A stretch of 64,000 bases of DNA from an uncultured Acidobacteriota bacterium (GCA_963822445.1 CAWGHO010000002.1:544001-608000); one strand, 5' to 3'; shown: positions 18,952-33,533, numbered from the stretch's first letter. The notes: a model not told the origin generated them from the sequence alone. Numbers and translations are program-made.

Positions 18952-21582
18952 CCAACCCTCGTATACACAAACCGTCCATTCATCCCAAACGGTGAGTTGC
19001 TCGGGTACGTGAAGATCCCGTTGTTGCTCTGCGCGGTGAAGGCGCCGTTCTGGTTGCGGACTTTGTTCAGGTCGGGGTAGTTGTCGAAGAGGTTCTCCGC
19101 GCCAGCGGCCAGGGTGTATCCGCGCCACTTGTACGCGACCTCGAGATCGGCGATCCATTCCGGCGCGTAGGTCTGGTCGTCGATCGGCAGGATGGTGAAG
19201 CTGCAGTACTCGCCGTAGCGGCTCTCGCGCGCGGTCACGTTCCATCCGCCGCGTGTTGAAGCTCTGCATCAGGCGGACGTTGTCGCGCGGCTGGCCGCAC
19301 TCGACGCGGCGTCGCTCGATGCGGTCGAACAATACTTCGTTGAGGCCGGCCAGTTCCGGCGGCGTTTCCACTTCGCCGACGACCTTCGTCTGATTGTTGC
19401 TGTACGCCGCGGACAGGTCGATGTTGCCGCCCATCAGCGGGCGCTGGTAGTTCGCGACCAGATCGTAGCCGTCGGTCTCGGTCGAGATCGCGTTCGTGAA
19501 GTACCGTGCCGCGGTCGCGCCGAACGGCCGGATCAAGGCCTGCACCGCCGGCGTCGTGAAGTTGCCGGAGAACACGATGCGATCGTCGATGTCGATGTGG
19601 AAGAAGTCGGCGGTGACCTCGAGATTCGACATCGGTTGCCAGACCAGGCCGGCGCTGAAGTTTTTCGACTTTTCGGCGTCGAGGTCCTTCGAGCCGAGGA
19701 TCCGCGCGAGAGGCGTGTCGACGCGATAGGTACCCGTCTCGAACGGCTCGAGCAAGCCGGTCTGCTGATTCAGGAGGAAGTTCGTGCTGATCGCCGAGAA
19801 GTGGCCCTGGCTCAGCGACGGCGCGCGGAAGCCGGTGCTGGCCGCGCCGCGCACGATGAACTGGTCGGTGAACGAGTAACGCGCGGTGAGCTTGCCGTTG
19901 GTGGTGTTCCCGAAGTCGCTGAAGTTCTCGAAGCGTCCGGCCAGGCCGAGGCGCAGCTTCGGGAACACGTCGCCTTCGAAGTCCGCATACACGGACTTGC
20001 TGTTGCGTGAAACGTCGACTTCATTCGAGGGCTGGAAGCCCGGGAAGACCTGCGCACCCGCGGGAGCGACGCCGCCGTTGCGGTCGCGAACGCCGCCCTG
20101 GATGTACGAGTTCGGCTCGCCCGCTTTCTGCTCGAATCCATCTCTGCGGAGCTCGACGCCGAAAGCGACGTTCAGCGGTCCGGACATCGCCGCGATCTTG
20201 TACGCCTTCGACACGTCGAGGTTCGCGGTGAGCTGATCGTCGCCGAGGGATCCGGCGTAGAAGCGGGTCTGGTTGTTGGTGGGGCCGAGGGACGTGTTCA
20301 GGGAGTCGGTGACGTAGAAATCGAACGTGTTCTTGCCCCATCCGCCACTCAGGTCGTAGTACCAGGAGGCGAGCTCGCCTCGCGTTCCGATGGTCAGCGC
20401 GGTGTCGGCGACGCGCGGCTGAATCAGCGGAAGGAATCCGAGGGGGTAGATCTGCGGCCAGTTCTGCACCTGAATGGCTCGGCGATAGTTGCCGCCGTGC
20501 GATCCGTGACGCAGGCTGTGCCCGCCGAAGGCGTAGAAGATCTGCTTCGAATCGGCGCTGATGGGCAGGTTGAAATTGGCGAAGGTCATGAGGTCGCGCG
20601 CGTAGGAATCGCCCCAGTGCGTGTTCGGCTGCGGAACGGCGTTGTTGCCCGCGTCGCCCACCACGACCTGATCGCGCGGATCCACACCGGCGCGGTTCGT
20701 TTCGTAGCGCACGCGGTACTCGCCGGTCAGGAAGAGAACGCCGCGGCCGATGCCCCAGCCGCCGCTGATGCTTGTGTCGAGCATCTCCCCGTCGCTTTCG
20801 GAGGTCTGTCCCACCTTCGCGTCGATGCGCAAAGGCTGCAGATCGGATTTGAGGACGAGGTTGATCACGCCGGCGATCGCGTCGGAGCCGTACTGCGCGG
20901 CCGCGCCGTCGCGGAGGATCTCGATGTTCTGCAGGGCCGGTGCGGGGATGGCGTTGAGATCGACGCCGCTCGAGCCGCGGCCGACGGTGTTGTTCGCGTT
21001 CACCAGCGCGCTGGCGTGACGGCGCTTGCCGTTGACCATGACCAGCACCTGATCGGGTCCGAGTCCGCGCAGTGTTGCCGGGCGGACCGAGTCGGTGCCG
21101 TCGCTGATCGTCGGCCGCGGGAAATTGAAGGAGGGCGCGATCTTCTGAATGATCTGGCTGGTCTCGGTCGATGGCGAGGAGACGATCTGTTCCAGCGGAA
21201 TGATGTCGACGGGAACGGCTTTCTCCTGCGCCGCGCCGATCGCGCGCGAGCCGACCGTGATCTGCTCGCCGAACGAAACGCGCAAGGTGAAATTCTGGGT
21301 GGCGTCGCCGCCGCCGATGTCCACGAGCTCGGTGCGGGTCTGGAATCCCGACAGCGCGACGGTGACTCTCACCGGCCCGCGCGTGCCGGACGGAAGGGAA
21401 AGCACGTAGTCGCCGCTCGCGTCGGTCACGGTCTGCACGCCGGTGCCTTCGGCGGTCACCGTGACGCCCGGCAACCCCTCACCTTCCGGCAAGGCGACGC
21501 GGCCGCGGATGGATGTCGTCTGCGCTGCCAGAGGAAAAGCAAAAAACACGAACAGGAAAAGGATCCGGGCGCCGTTCTTCAT
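18939..21582 (-). CDS. TonB-dependent receptor with N-terminal carboxypeptidase-regulatory domain; one +1 frameshift near 19250
   Basis: Signal peptide, plug motifs LRGLGPDQVLVMVNGKRRH and IEILRDGAAAQYGSDAIAGVINLVL. The barrel continues in ORF 18939..19238 (GAENLFDNYPD..YTRVGYSF, terminal Phe). Confidence 0.9.
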
Positions 21583-21595
21583 ACGTCTGCGTTTC

Positions 21596-22972
21596 CTATG
21601 TCATGAAACGGTTTACCGAGAACGCTCCGGCAACGCCGATGAGCGCGACGAGCAACATCAACATCCATGAACCTAATGTGGGGATGCCTATATTGGCGGA
21701 AAGAATGGTGATTGTGTAGGGCGCTTCTCCGATGCAGCCGGCCGTATCCGTCGCCCGGACCCTGAAGCTGAAGAGTCCCGTCTGGCCGGTTACACCGCTG
21801 ATCAGGCCTGTAGCCGGGTTGAGGGTGAATCCGGGCGGAAGCGCGCCACTGGCAATGGTGTAGGTGAACGCGGACGGAGCGATGCCGTCGGCGATCGGAT
21901 TTCTGGAAGCCGAGGAATCATCCGCGGTGGCCGTGATCTGCTGCGAATAAAACGCTCCGACAACTCCAGGAGGCAGCGTGCTCGGAGACAGCGTAATGAC
22001 TTCGCAGCCGGCGACGGCAATGGTCATCGAATACAGCCGCGTTCCGCGGCAGCCTGTCGCGTCGGTGGCGGTGATCGAGAAATTGAAGGTTCCCGCGGCG
22101 GTGGGGATCCCCGTGAGGGCACCCGTTGCCGGGTTGAGCGTCAGACCGGTCGGAAGCGCGCCGCTGGAGACTCCGAACGTGTAGGGCGCGGTTCCGCCGC
22201 TCGCGGTGATGCTCTGGTTGTAAGCCGCGCCTACTGTGCCGTTCGGCAACGATGCCGGATTGACGGTGATGATCGGGCAGACCAGCAGCCCGCAGGTATT
22301 GACTGTGTTGCTGTCGAGCGTGACCGCACCATTGCGCGCCAGCGCCCGGCCGGACGTGTCCGCGCCGGTCGTCAGCGTGATGCTGGTGAGCGCCAGGATG
22401 TCCCCGGCAAAATTCGTGTTGGTGCCGATCGTCGCCGAGCTGCCGACCTGCCAGTACACGCTGTTGCACGCGCTGCCGCCGTTGATGACCGAAACCGACG
22501 AGCCGCTCGCCGTGGTGAGCGTGCTCCCGATCTTGAAGAGGAACAGCGCATTCGGATTGCCGAGCGCGTCGAGCGAAAGCGCTCCGGTGAGCTGCGCCGA
22601 TGTGTCGAAGCAGTAGACACCCGGCGTCAGCGTCAGACCGCCGAGATCCTGACCGGTCAGATCGACCGTGCAGGGCGTCGCGGCGATGTTGTTGTACGCC
22701 GTGGTCAGATCGTTCTGAGCCTGCTGGGCAACGGCATCATTGCTGTGGGCCGCCCCTCCCACGATGACGCCGGGAGGAAAGCCGGTGATCGAGCTGCCCG
22801 GGCTGACGCCGACGTTTCCGGTCACCGTCGTCGGACCGGTGTTGGTCACCGCCGATCCGCCGAGGACTCCGAAGCTCTGCGCGCTGCCGAGGGAGATCTG
22901 CGCCAGGGCCGGCGCGGTCACGAACAAGAACAGGACGGCGGTGATGGAAGCGAAGGCAAGATGGCGTTTCAA
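21596..22972 (-). CDS. Ice-binding-like protein (DUF3494) with two putative Ig domains and IPTL-CTERM sorting tail
   Basis: AGGAG RBS + TTG 22972, signal peptide, DUF3494 motifs (FGVLGGSAVTNTG, LGGLTLTPGVY, YWQVGSSAT, GRALARNGAVTL), two LPxGxVG..GxLPxGxTLNPATG repeats, IPTLGSW + TM tail. Confidence 0.9.
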   Translation of the reverse strand: MKRHLAFASITAVLFLFVTAPALAQISLGSAQSFGVLGGSAVTNTGPTTVTGNVGVSPGSSITGFPPGVIVGGAAHSNDAVAQQAQNDLTTAYNNIAATPCTVDLTGQDLGGLTLTPGVYCFDTSAQLTGALSLDALGNPNALFLFKIGSTLTTASGSSVSVINGGSACNSVYWQVGSSATIGTNTNFAGDILALTSITLTTGADTSGRALARNGAVTLDSNTVNTCGLLVCPIITVNPASLPNGTVGAAYNQSITASGGTAPYTFGVSSGALPTGLTLNPATGALTGIPTAAGTFNFSITATDATGCRGTRLYSMTIAVAGCEVITLSPSTLPPGVVGAFYSQQITATADDSSASRNPIADGIAPSAFTYTIASGALPPGFTLNPATGLISGVTGQTGLFSFRVRATDTAGCIGEAPYTITILSANIGIPTLGSWMLMLLVALIGVAGAFSVNRFMT

Positions 22973-23222
22973 AATTTGATCTCCTGATTTGCTGCTCTGA
23001 CGTCGCACGCTTCGCAGATCCATCCGTGTGCGGTGATCTTGAAAGGAGCGTCGTTCTCGTCGCGGAAGAGCGTTCGCGATTCGCGGCACCAGTTGCAGCG
23101 AACCGCATGCGGATTGCCGAGCTCCGGATGAGCGAGCAGGATCTGCACGGCGGCATCCCGCTCGCCTGCGACAAGGGTGTCGCTGCGAAGTACCTTTCCT
23201 GCTGTCGTTCGAACTTCCTGTC

Positions 23223-23226
<4 letters not shown>
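22969..23226 (-). CDS. Small CxxC..CxxC putative zinc-binding protein
   Basis: CNWC and CEAC pairs; 4-nt overlaps with both neighbours (ATGA and TTGA); GAGGAG RBS. Confidence 0.65.
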
Positions 23227-27035
<3,809 letters not shown>

Positions 27036-27200
27036 TCGATTCGCATCCTTTCGGGGACGACCGTCTGAGGATGGAGGCAGTGGCGGAACGCGCACGCGGG
27101 CTGCCACGATGGCAACCGGTCCGTGCGCGCCTGTCGCGACCGGCAGGTTCAGGCGTTTACTGAAGTAACGAAAAGCAGCATAAGCTGCCATTTCCTGATT

Positions 27201-27274
27201 GGCAAGGGGTACACTGTTGCTTACCTTTCCGGCAACACTGTCGCGGCCTGCAAAATGCTGCAATCCACTGTTGC
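27201..27274. promoter_or_regulatory. Three CACTGT(T/C)GC direct repeats in the divergent cheBR/XRE promoter, putative operator
   Basis: Copies at 27212, 27236 and 27266, each preceded by GCAA; the third forms GCAA-N7-TTGC. Confidence 0.45.
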
Positions 27275-27303
27275 GCGGGGCGGGAAACGGGGAGCCTTGA
27301 AAA

Positions 27304-27645
27304 ATGTACGGTCGCATCCTCAGGCAGCTTCGGGAATCGAAAGGACGCACCCAGGCTGACGTGGCCCGGAAGGTGGGCATCTCACCCGCTCAACTGGCCA
27401 GGCTGGAAGCGAATCAGCGCGGTCTCTACGTCGAGGACTTCGTCGCCATCGCCGAGGCGCTGGGGGAAAAACCGGGCAACCTGCTTCCGAATGATGCCGG
27501 CGACTTCGCGCACCTCAAGCCGCTCATCGATCGTCTGGCGGCGGTGAAGGCGGAGTTCATGCCCCGGGTGACGAGCATCATCGGAAGAATCGTGCTGCTC
27601 ACCGATGACGTGACCGCGACGCGGCCGGCGAAGCGCAAGCGCTGA
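27304..27645 (+). CDS. XRE-family HTH transcriptional regulator
   Basis: LRQLRESKGRTQADVARKVGISPAQLARLEAN..IAEALG. Confidence 0.9.
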   Translation: MYGRILRQLRESKGRTQADVARKVGISPAQLARLEANQRGLYVEDFVAIAEALGEKPGNLLPNDAGDFAHLKPLIDRLAAVKAEFMPRVTSIIGRIVLLTDDVTATRPAKRKR

Positions 27646-27648
27646 CGC

Positions 27649-27855
27649 TCAGGACTCCGTGTTGCCGGGAGTCTTCCCGCATTCGCGGCACTGCGTCTTG
27701 AGCCAGGTCTCCCACTCCGTGCCGGTGAGGGTCTCGTCATTGGCTTCAGCGGGCGCATTCTCCGACCGAAACCAGAGCGGATATTCAGCCTGGCAGTGCG
27801 GGCATTTCAGCCGAAGCAGGCTGCTGTCACCGTCAGGCTGATTTCGCGGTTGCAC
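27649..27855 (-). CDS. Small zinc-ribbon-like protein (CPHC..CREC)
   Basis: Two CxxC pairs. GTG 27855 chosen as start because the upstream part of the ORF is translated repeat. Confidence 0.5.
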   Translation of the reverse strand: MQPRNQPDGDSSLLRLKCPHCQAEYPLWFRSENAPAEANDETLTGTEWETWLKTQCRECGKTPGNTES

Positions 27856-27882
27856 CCTCGTGGGTGCGTGCAAGAGTCGTAC

Positions 27883-28033
27883 TTGGGTTGCGGGGTTGCG
27901 GGGTTTCGAGGTTGCTGGGAGGTTGTCGGGTTGTCGGGTTTCCGGGTTGTCAGGTAAACCACCGGACAACCTGACAACCTGACAACCAGACAACCCCCTC
28001 GAAACCCCGCAACCCCGAAACCTCGCAACCCAA
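27883..28033. repeat. Nested palindrome built from octamer tandem repeats
   Basis: 4x GTTGCGGG-type + 4x GTTGTCGG-type, a 10-nt spacer, then 4x CTGACAAC-type + 4x CCCGCAAC-type; ends TTGGGTTG / CAACCCAA. Confidence 0.85.
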
Positions 28034-28951
28034 CTAACGCAACTTCACAGTCGCAACGACCTCATTTCCATTTCCCCGATACTCCACCCGATCGAACGAC
28101 ATGGCCCGGGCGATGGCGATGCCGCGGCCGTGATTGTCGAAGGCCCGGCGGGTGTCGACTTCGACGTACTTTTCCCACGGAAAACCCGGGCCTTCGTCGC
28201 GGATGGTGAATCGGAGCTCGTCGGGAGTGCGGTCGATGTTCAGCTCCACCCGCTTGTTGGCGTTCTCCGGCAGCGCCAGGCGGCGGCGCACTTCCGCATC
28301 CCAGGTCCCGGCGGCATTGAGCGCGGTCTTGTCTTCGTAGGTGATGCCGAGGTTTCCGTGCTCGACGGCGTTCACCAGGAGCTCGGTCAGGCCGATGACC
28401 GCGCTGACCGGGTCGGGGCACGCATTCACCAGGACGGCGGCGGTGTCGCGAGCCTGATCGACAGTCTGGATGCGCAGCGTGGCGTGCTCGATGAGCGTCA
28501 GGCACTCCACGCCGAGGCGCACGCGCTGCTGCAGCTCTTTGTACTCCGCGAAATCGCGCACGGCCGTGCCGACGACGGCGGTCAGCGTCTGCCCGTCATA
28601 CGGTTTGGTGAGGTAGTAGTAGGCACCGGCGCGGATTCCTTCCACGATCTGCGGGCGGTCCGCGAGCGCCGTCTGCAGAATCACCGGAAGCATGCGCAGG
28701 TGCGGCGTGCTCTTGATGCGCGTCAAGACCTCGATCCCGTTCATGCGCGGCATCTGGCGATCGAGCAGGACCGCGTCATAGGAAAGCGGCTGCTGCTCGA
28801 GCAGGGACATGGCCTCGATGCCGTCGTTCGCGAACTCGAGCTCATAGCCGTTCGACGAGAGGTGGGCCTGGAGCAGCGTCCGGTCGAGCGCGTTGTCGTC
28901 GACGATCAGAACCCGGGCGTTGTCCGACACCGATTCGCGCTCGCTGTACAT
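28034..28951 (-). CDS. Response regulator receiver fused to an anti-sigma-factor-like ATPase (HATPase_c_2) domain
   Basis: LIVDDN, LLDRQMP, YLTKP; ELLVNAVEHGN, IRDEGPGF, GRGIAI; no H-box. Confidence 0.85.
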   Translation of the reverse strand: MYSERESVSDNARVLIVDDNALDRTLLQAHLSSNGYELEFANDGIEAMSLLEQQPLSYDAVLLDRQMPRMNGIEVLTRIKSTPHLRMLPVILQTALADRPQIVEGIRAGAYYYLTKPYDGQTLTAVVGTAVRDFAEYKELQQRVRLGVECLTLIEHATLRIQTVDQARDTAAVLVNACPDPVSAVIGLTELLVNAVEHGNLGITYEDKTALNAAGTWDAEVRRRLALPENANKRVELNIDRTPDELRFTIRDEGPGFPWEKYVEVDTRRAFDNHGRGIAIARAMSFDRVEYRGNGNEVVATVKLR

Positions 28952-28989
28952 GAAGGGATACAGCGTAGCGCATGAGATCATCGGCGGTC

Positions 28990-29256
28990 ATGCCGGACGC
29001 CTGTTCTCACCTCGCCGCAATCAAAGAGTTGAAGACGCCGCAGAAGCGCGAATGCGAGGAGTGCGTGAAGATCGGATCGCGCTGGCTGCATCTGCGCACC
29101 TGCCAGACCTGCGGCGGTACGCGCTGCTGTGATTCCTCGCCGAACCAGCACGCCAGCAAGCACGCCAGGGCCACCACCCACCCCGTCATCGCCTCGGCCG
29201 AACCGGGCGAGCGCTGGCTGTACTGCTTTCCCGATGACGAGATGGCGGAGTACTGA
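28990..29256 (+). CDS. UBP-type zinc finger protein
   Basis: CSH, CEEC, HLRTCQTCG, CCDSSPNQHASKH, H, EPGERWLYC. Confidence 0.9.
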   Translation: MPDACSHLAAIKELKTPQKRECEECVKIGSRWLHLRTCQTCGGTRCCDSSPNQHASKHARATTHPVIASAEPGERWLYCFPDDEMAEY

Positions 29257-29258
29257 CG

Positions 29259-30155
29259 ATGAAATCCTGGCCACCGCTCCGCTACGACGACTGGGCCGAT
29301 ACCGCGCAGACACTGCACATGTGGACGCAGGTCGTGGGCAAGGTCCGCATGATGAAGTCGCCGCCGGTGAATCACTCGTGGCATGTCGTCCTGTACGTCA
29401 CGTCACGCGGTCTGAGCACATCTCCGGTTCCCAGCGGTGAAGGGACGTTCGAGATCGAATTCGATTTCATCGATCACAAGCTGCGCATCGTCACCACGGA
29501 AGGCGACGAGCGCGATTTCCGGCTCGAGCCGATGACGGTCGCCGATTTTTACGCGAAGGTCATGGCCGCGCTGGCGGAGCTCGGCGTCGACGTGACCATC
29601 TATCCGATTCCCAGCGAAGTCGCGGAGCCGATCGCCTTCACGAAAGACACGGTTCATCGATCGTATGACCCCGCCGCGGTGGAGCGCTTCTGGCGCGTGC
29701 TCGTCGATTCGTGCCGCGTCCTGACCCTCTTCCGCTCGCGGTTTCTGGGGAAGGTCAGCCCCGTGCATTTCTTCTGGGGGGCGATCGATCTCGCGGTGAC
29801 GCGCTTCTCGGGACGCGAGGCGCCACCGCATCCGGGAGCGCCCGGCCTCCCGCTCCGCGTGGCGCGCGAGGCGTATTCGCACGAGGTCTCGAGCGCGGGA
29901 TTCTGGCCGGGCGGCAACGGCTTCGATGCGGTGTTCTACTCGTACGCGTATCCGGAGCCGGAGGGCTATGCGCAGGCCGCTGTGAAACCGGCCGAAGCGT
30001 TTTACAGCGCCGATCTGCGCGAGTTCGTGCTGCCGTATGACGCCGTGCGCAACAGCGCATCGCCGGACGAGACGCTCATGGAGTTTCTGCAGTCGACGTA
30101 CGAGGCGGCCGCGGATCTGGGGAAGTGGGACAGGAAGGCGTTGGAGCGAACGTAG
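29259..30155 (+). CDS. DUF5996 family protein
   Basis: TLHMWTQVVGKVR, NHSWHV, SPVHFFWGAIDLAVTRFSGR, EAYSHEVSSAGFWPG, FYSYAYPEP. Confidence 0.85.
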   Translation: MKSWPPLRYDDWADTAQTLHMWTQVVGKVRMMKSPPVNHSWHVVLYVTSRGLSTSPVPSGEGTFEIEFDFIDHKLRIVTTEGDERDFRLEPMTVADFYAKVMAALAELGVDVTIYPIPSEVAEPIAFTKDTVHRSYDPAAVERFWRVLVDSCRVLTLFRSRFLGKVSPVHFFWGAIDLAVTRFSGREAPPHPGAPGLPLRVAREAYSHEVSSAGFWPGGNGFDAVFYSYAYPEPEGYAQAAVKPAEAFYSADLREFVLPYDAVRNSASPDETLMEFLQSTYEAAADLGKWDRKALERT

Positions 30156-30251
30156 GGCGGGCGTCTCGCCCGCTATGCGCCGGGCATCCTGCCCGGCGGG
30201 ATCACGGCCGCGCAGGATGCGCGGCCGGAGCGGGCGGGACGCCCGCCGTAC
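30152..30251. repeat. GTAG/GTAC-bounded REP-like element
   Basis: GTAGGGCGGGCGTCTCGCCCGC ... GCGGGCGGGACGCCCGCCGTAC with internal hairpins; same family as 45548-45660. Confidence 0.75.
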
Positions 30252-31207
30252 TGTCCGCATGCTCATCGAGCCACGCCAGAATCTCGCGGATGCTACCCGT
30301 CGCCAGCGCGATGCACGTATCGGCCGCGCCGTAGTACAGATTCAGCGTGTCGCCGTCCGCACCGATCGTGTAGCCGCAGGGAAAGGCCACGTTGCCGACG
30401 TCTCCGTGGATCTCGTACGGCGTTTCCGGTCCGAAGATCCATTCGTCGCCGCGCAGCAGCAGTTTCTCCGGCTGTTCGAGATCGAAGAGGGCCACGCCCA
30501 GATCGATACAGGCTGCCGGCGGCGTTGTGCCGAACGCCGTGGTAGATCATCAGCCAGCCGCGCTCCGTCTCGATGAGCGGTGGTGAAAGGCCGACCTTGT
30601 TCGCGTCCCACCATCCACCGCGCCGGGCCTGCAGCATCATCCGGTGACCGCCCCAGCTCCGCAGGTCGGCGAGTAGGAGATCCAGACGTGCGCGCCGGAA
30701 TCGGCGATGGGCCGGTGCACGAGCGCCCACATGCCGTCGATGCGGCGCGGCAGCAGCGCCGCATCCTTGTCGTCGGGCTGCATCACCAGGCCGAGCCGCT
30801 CGAAATGGACGAAATCCTCGGTCATCGCCAGCGACACGCCCGGCCCGCCCTTGCCGAACGCGGTGTACGCGATCGCGTACTTGCCGAGCTCCGGAACGAA
30901 CGTGATGCGCGGATCTTCGATGCCCCACAGCTCCTCGGGATGATTCTCGGGATCGGCGACGGAGCGTCGGCTCGCGATCGATGACCCAGCCGGTGACGCC
31001 GTCGGCCGAACGCGCCGCGCAGAGATGCGAGTGTCCGCGCCGGTCCTCGACCCTGCACAGCAGCAGCGTCGTGCCGTCGGGGAGCAGCGTCGCACCGGCG
31101 TTGAAGACCGTGTGCACTGGATATGGCCAGTCCGCCGCGGTGAGAATGGGATTGCGCTCGCTGCGATGGAAGAGCGTTTCGTATCGAACCGCGCTGACCG
31201 CGCTCAT
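30202..31207 (-). pseudogene. Glycoside hydrolase/phosphorylase family 130, about 3 frameshifts (assembly error or pseudogene)
   Basis: Motifs spread over several frames: NPIL..VFNAGA..RVEDRRGHSHL; WGIEDPRIT..DKDAALLP..HRP; KVGLSPPLIETERGWLMIYHGV; GDVGNVAFPCG..YYGAADT. Confidence 0.85.
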
Positions 31208-33516
31208 CCCGCGCTCACCGCCATCATTGCTTCGACAGGCTCGCTGACCGGGATCTGCATCGCGTTCCAGCGCACTTCATCCGCACGCATGTCCATCAGC
31301 GCGAGGAGGAAGGAGAGCGTCGACTCGGCGCCCTGGTTCTCGTTCACGCGATCGACGTGCAGCGCGTCGCGGCATCCGCCGGACAGCGGATCGTAGAGCG
31401 GCTGCTGCAACTGGTTCTGGCCGAGGAACCAGGTGAATGCGCGGCGGGCATGCTCGGCCCAGCGATGATCGCCGGTCGTCGCGGAACGCGTGCATGCACG
31501 CGGAAACCGTCGCGCAGGCCTCGACCGGCTGCTGATCGAACGCCGCCACGGTCATCCCGCGATCGAAGAAGCCGTTCGTTCCGACGGGCGCGAAGTATCC
31601 GTCCGGCGTCCGCTGAATGGTCATCAGCCACTCCAGCGAGCGGAGGCCGGTCGCCGTCATCTCCGCGTCGCCGGTCCACGATCCCGTTGCGATGAGCGCC
31701 TGCGGCAGACGCGCGTTGCAGTACGTGACGCGGTTCTCGCACCACGGCCATTCCGGCTGATCGGTGCGGCGGAAGAGCGTGAGCAAGCGGTCCGCGATCT
31801 CGCGTCCCATCGTCTGCACGTTTCGATCGCCCTCGAACGCGCGCAGGTATTGCTCGATTCCGAGCAGCGTGTACGCCCACGCGCGGGGGCTGGTGAAGGT
31901 CGACACCGCCGGAAGCGCGTCATGGAACAGCGCGCTGGCGAGACTCTGCCGGCCGGGATCGGGTGAAGTCCCACCACCGTTCCCAGCGCCCACAGCGCGC
32001 GGCCATGACTGTCTTCGGAGCCCTGTTCTTCCCGCCAGAAGCCGCGAGTAGGACATGAAGTTGCGGAAGCGGCCGAGGGGGCGATTGAACGCGTGGCTGA
32101 CGAAGGCCAGGTAACGCGAAGCCAGCGATGCGCACGAGCTTCGGATCGCTCGATCCCGCTTCTTCGAGGAGCGTCATCAGCATCAGCGCGCGGGCGTTGT
32201 CGTCGACGCAATAGCCCTCGTCGTAACGCGGCACGGTGTAGGTGGCGTGCTGCAGCATGCCCGTGCCGTCGGTCATCATCGCCACGTGGTCGAGATTGAC
32301 GTCCGGCAGCTCCGCGGGCCGCGTTGCGAGCGTGCTGGCGCGGAACGCCGTCCGCCGGCGGTGCCCATGTTCGGTGTGGGCGCGCTCGAAGGTCCGCAGA
32401 TACGAATGCGCGACGGCCGGCCACAGCATGGCCCGGCCATGTTCCGCGGCGCGCGCGTCGCAGCGTGTAGCGCTTCTCGGGATCGTCGAGCAGGCCGACG
32501 ATCTCCGTCGCGATCGCCGAGGAATCCTTCCACGGAACGAGGATGCCCCGCCCGTCGGCGAGCAGCTCCTTCGCGTAACGGTACGGCGTGGAGATGACTG
32601 CCTTCCCGGCGCCGAGCGCATATGCGAGCGTGCCCGAGGTGATCTGCTCGGGATTGAGATACGGGGTGATGTAGATGTCGGCCGCGGCCAGGAACTCCGA
32701 GAGCTCGGACTGGCTGACGAAGCGATTGTGAAAGATGACGTTTCCGTCGACGCCGAGCCGTTTGGCGCGTTCCTCGAGCACGAGGCGGTACGTCTCGCCG
32801 TGGCGCTCCACGATGTGCGGATGCGTTGCGCCGAGGACGATGTAGACCACGTCCGGGTAGTGGGCGAGGATCGTCGGCAGCGCGTCAATGACGTGCTCGA
32901 TGCCCTTGTCCGGCGAGAGCAGGCCGAAGGTGAGGATGAGCGGACGCCCTTCCACGCCGATGCGGTTCTTGCTGCCGGCGAACGGCACGTTGGGGATGCC
33001 GTGCGGGATCACGTCGATCTTGTCGCGTGGAAACGCCGTGCACGTCGTGCAGCAGGTCCGCGCCGCCGTCGGTCATCACCACGAGGCGGTCGGAGAGCGC
33101 GTGAGCTCGTCCATGACCCGGCGCTGCTGCAGATTCGGCTCGGCCAGGATCGTGTGCAGCGTCGTCACGATTGGCATGCGCAGCTCGCGGAGCATCGGCA
33201 GCAGATGGCTGCCTGCCTTCCCGCCGAAGATCCCGTATTCGTGCTGCACGGAGATCACGTCGACGGCGTTGACGTTCAGGAAATCGGCGGCGCGCGTGTA
33301 CGCGGCGACGTCGTTGTCCGCCAGCTCGAACCGCACCCGGCTGGGATAGGCGTGCTGGTGGCCGGCGTCATTCATGGCCAGGACGAAGCAGTCCAGGTCC
33401 GCGCCCACCGCGCTGATGGCATCGGTCAGATCGGTCGTGAACGTGGCGATGCCGCACTGCCGGGGCAGGTGATTTCCGAGGACGGCGATGCGGCGGATGT
33501 TTTTTTCATCCGCCAT
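31204..33516 (-). pseudogene. GT4 glycosyltransferase with C-terminal helical hydrolase-like domain, many frameshifts
   Basis: PRQCGIATFT, QHEYGIFGG, IPHGIP, FGLLSPDKGIE, QITSGTLAYA, GMLQHA..GYCVDDNARAL, SEDSHGRALWALG, FTSPRAWAY, FDQQPVEA, NQGAESTL, found in alternating frames. Confidence 0.85.
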
Positions 33517-33533
33517 CGATCTCTGTGACGCGG

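Noticed and set aside
19240-19260. Possible programmed frameshift in the TonB-dependent receptor
   Set aside because: No slippery run or stimulatory structure. A single extra base restores the barrel end, so a sequencing indel or point lesion is simpler.
27036-27380. N-terminal extension of the CheB/CheR ORF
   Set aside because: It overlaps the divergent promoter and the XRE gene; CheB homology starts after 27035.
27856-28028. ORFs 27807-28028 and the N-terminal part of 27649-27993
   Set aside because: These are translations of the octamer repeat (PDNPETRQ, PRNPAT), not protein-like.
27883-28033. Octamer repeats as a CRISPR array
   Set aside because: Units are 8 bp with no unique spacers, and there are no cas genes.
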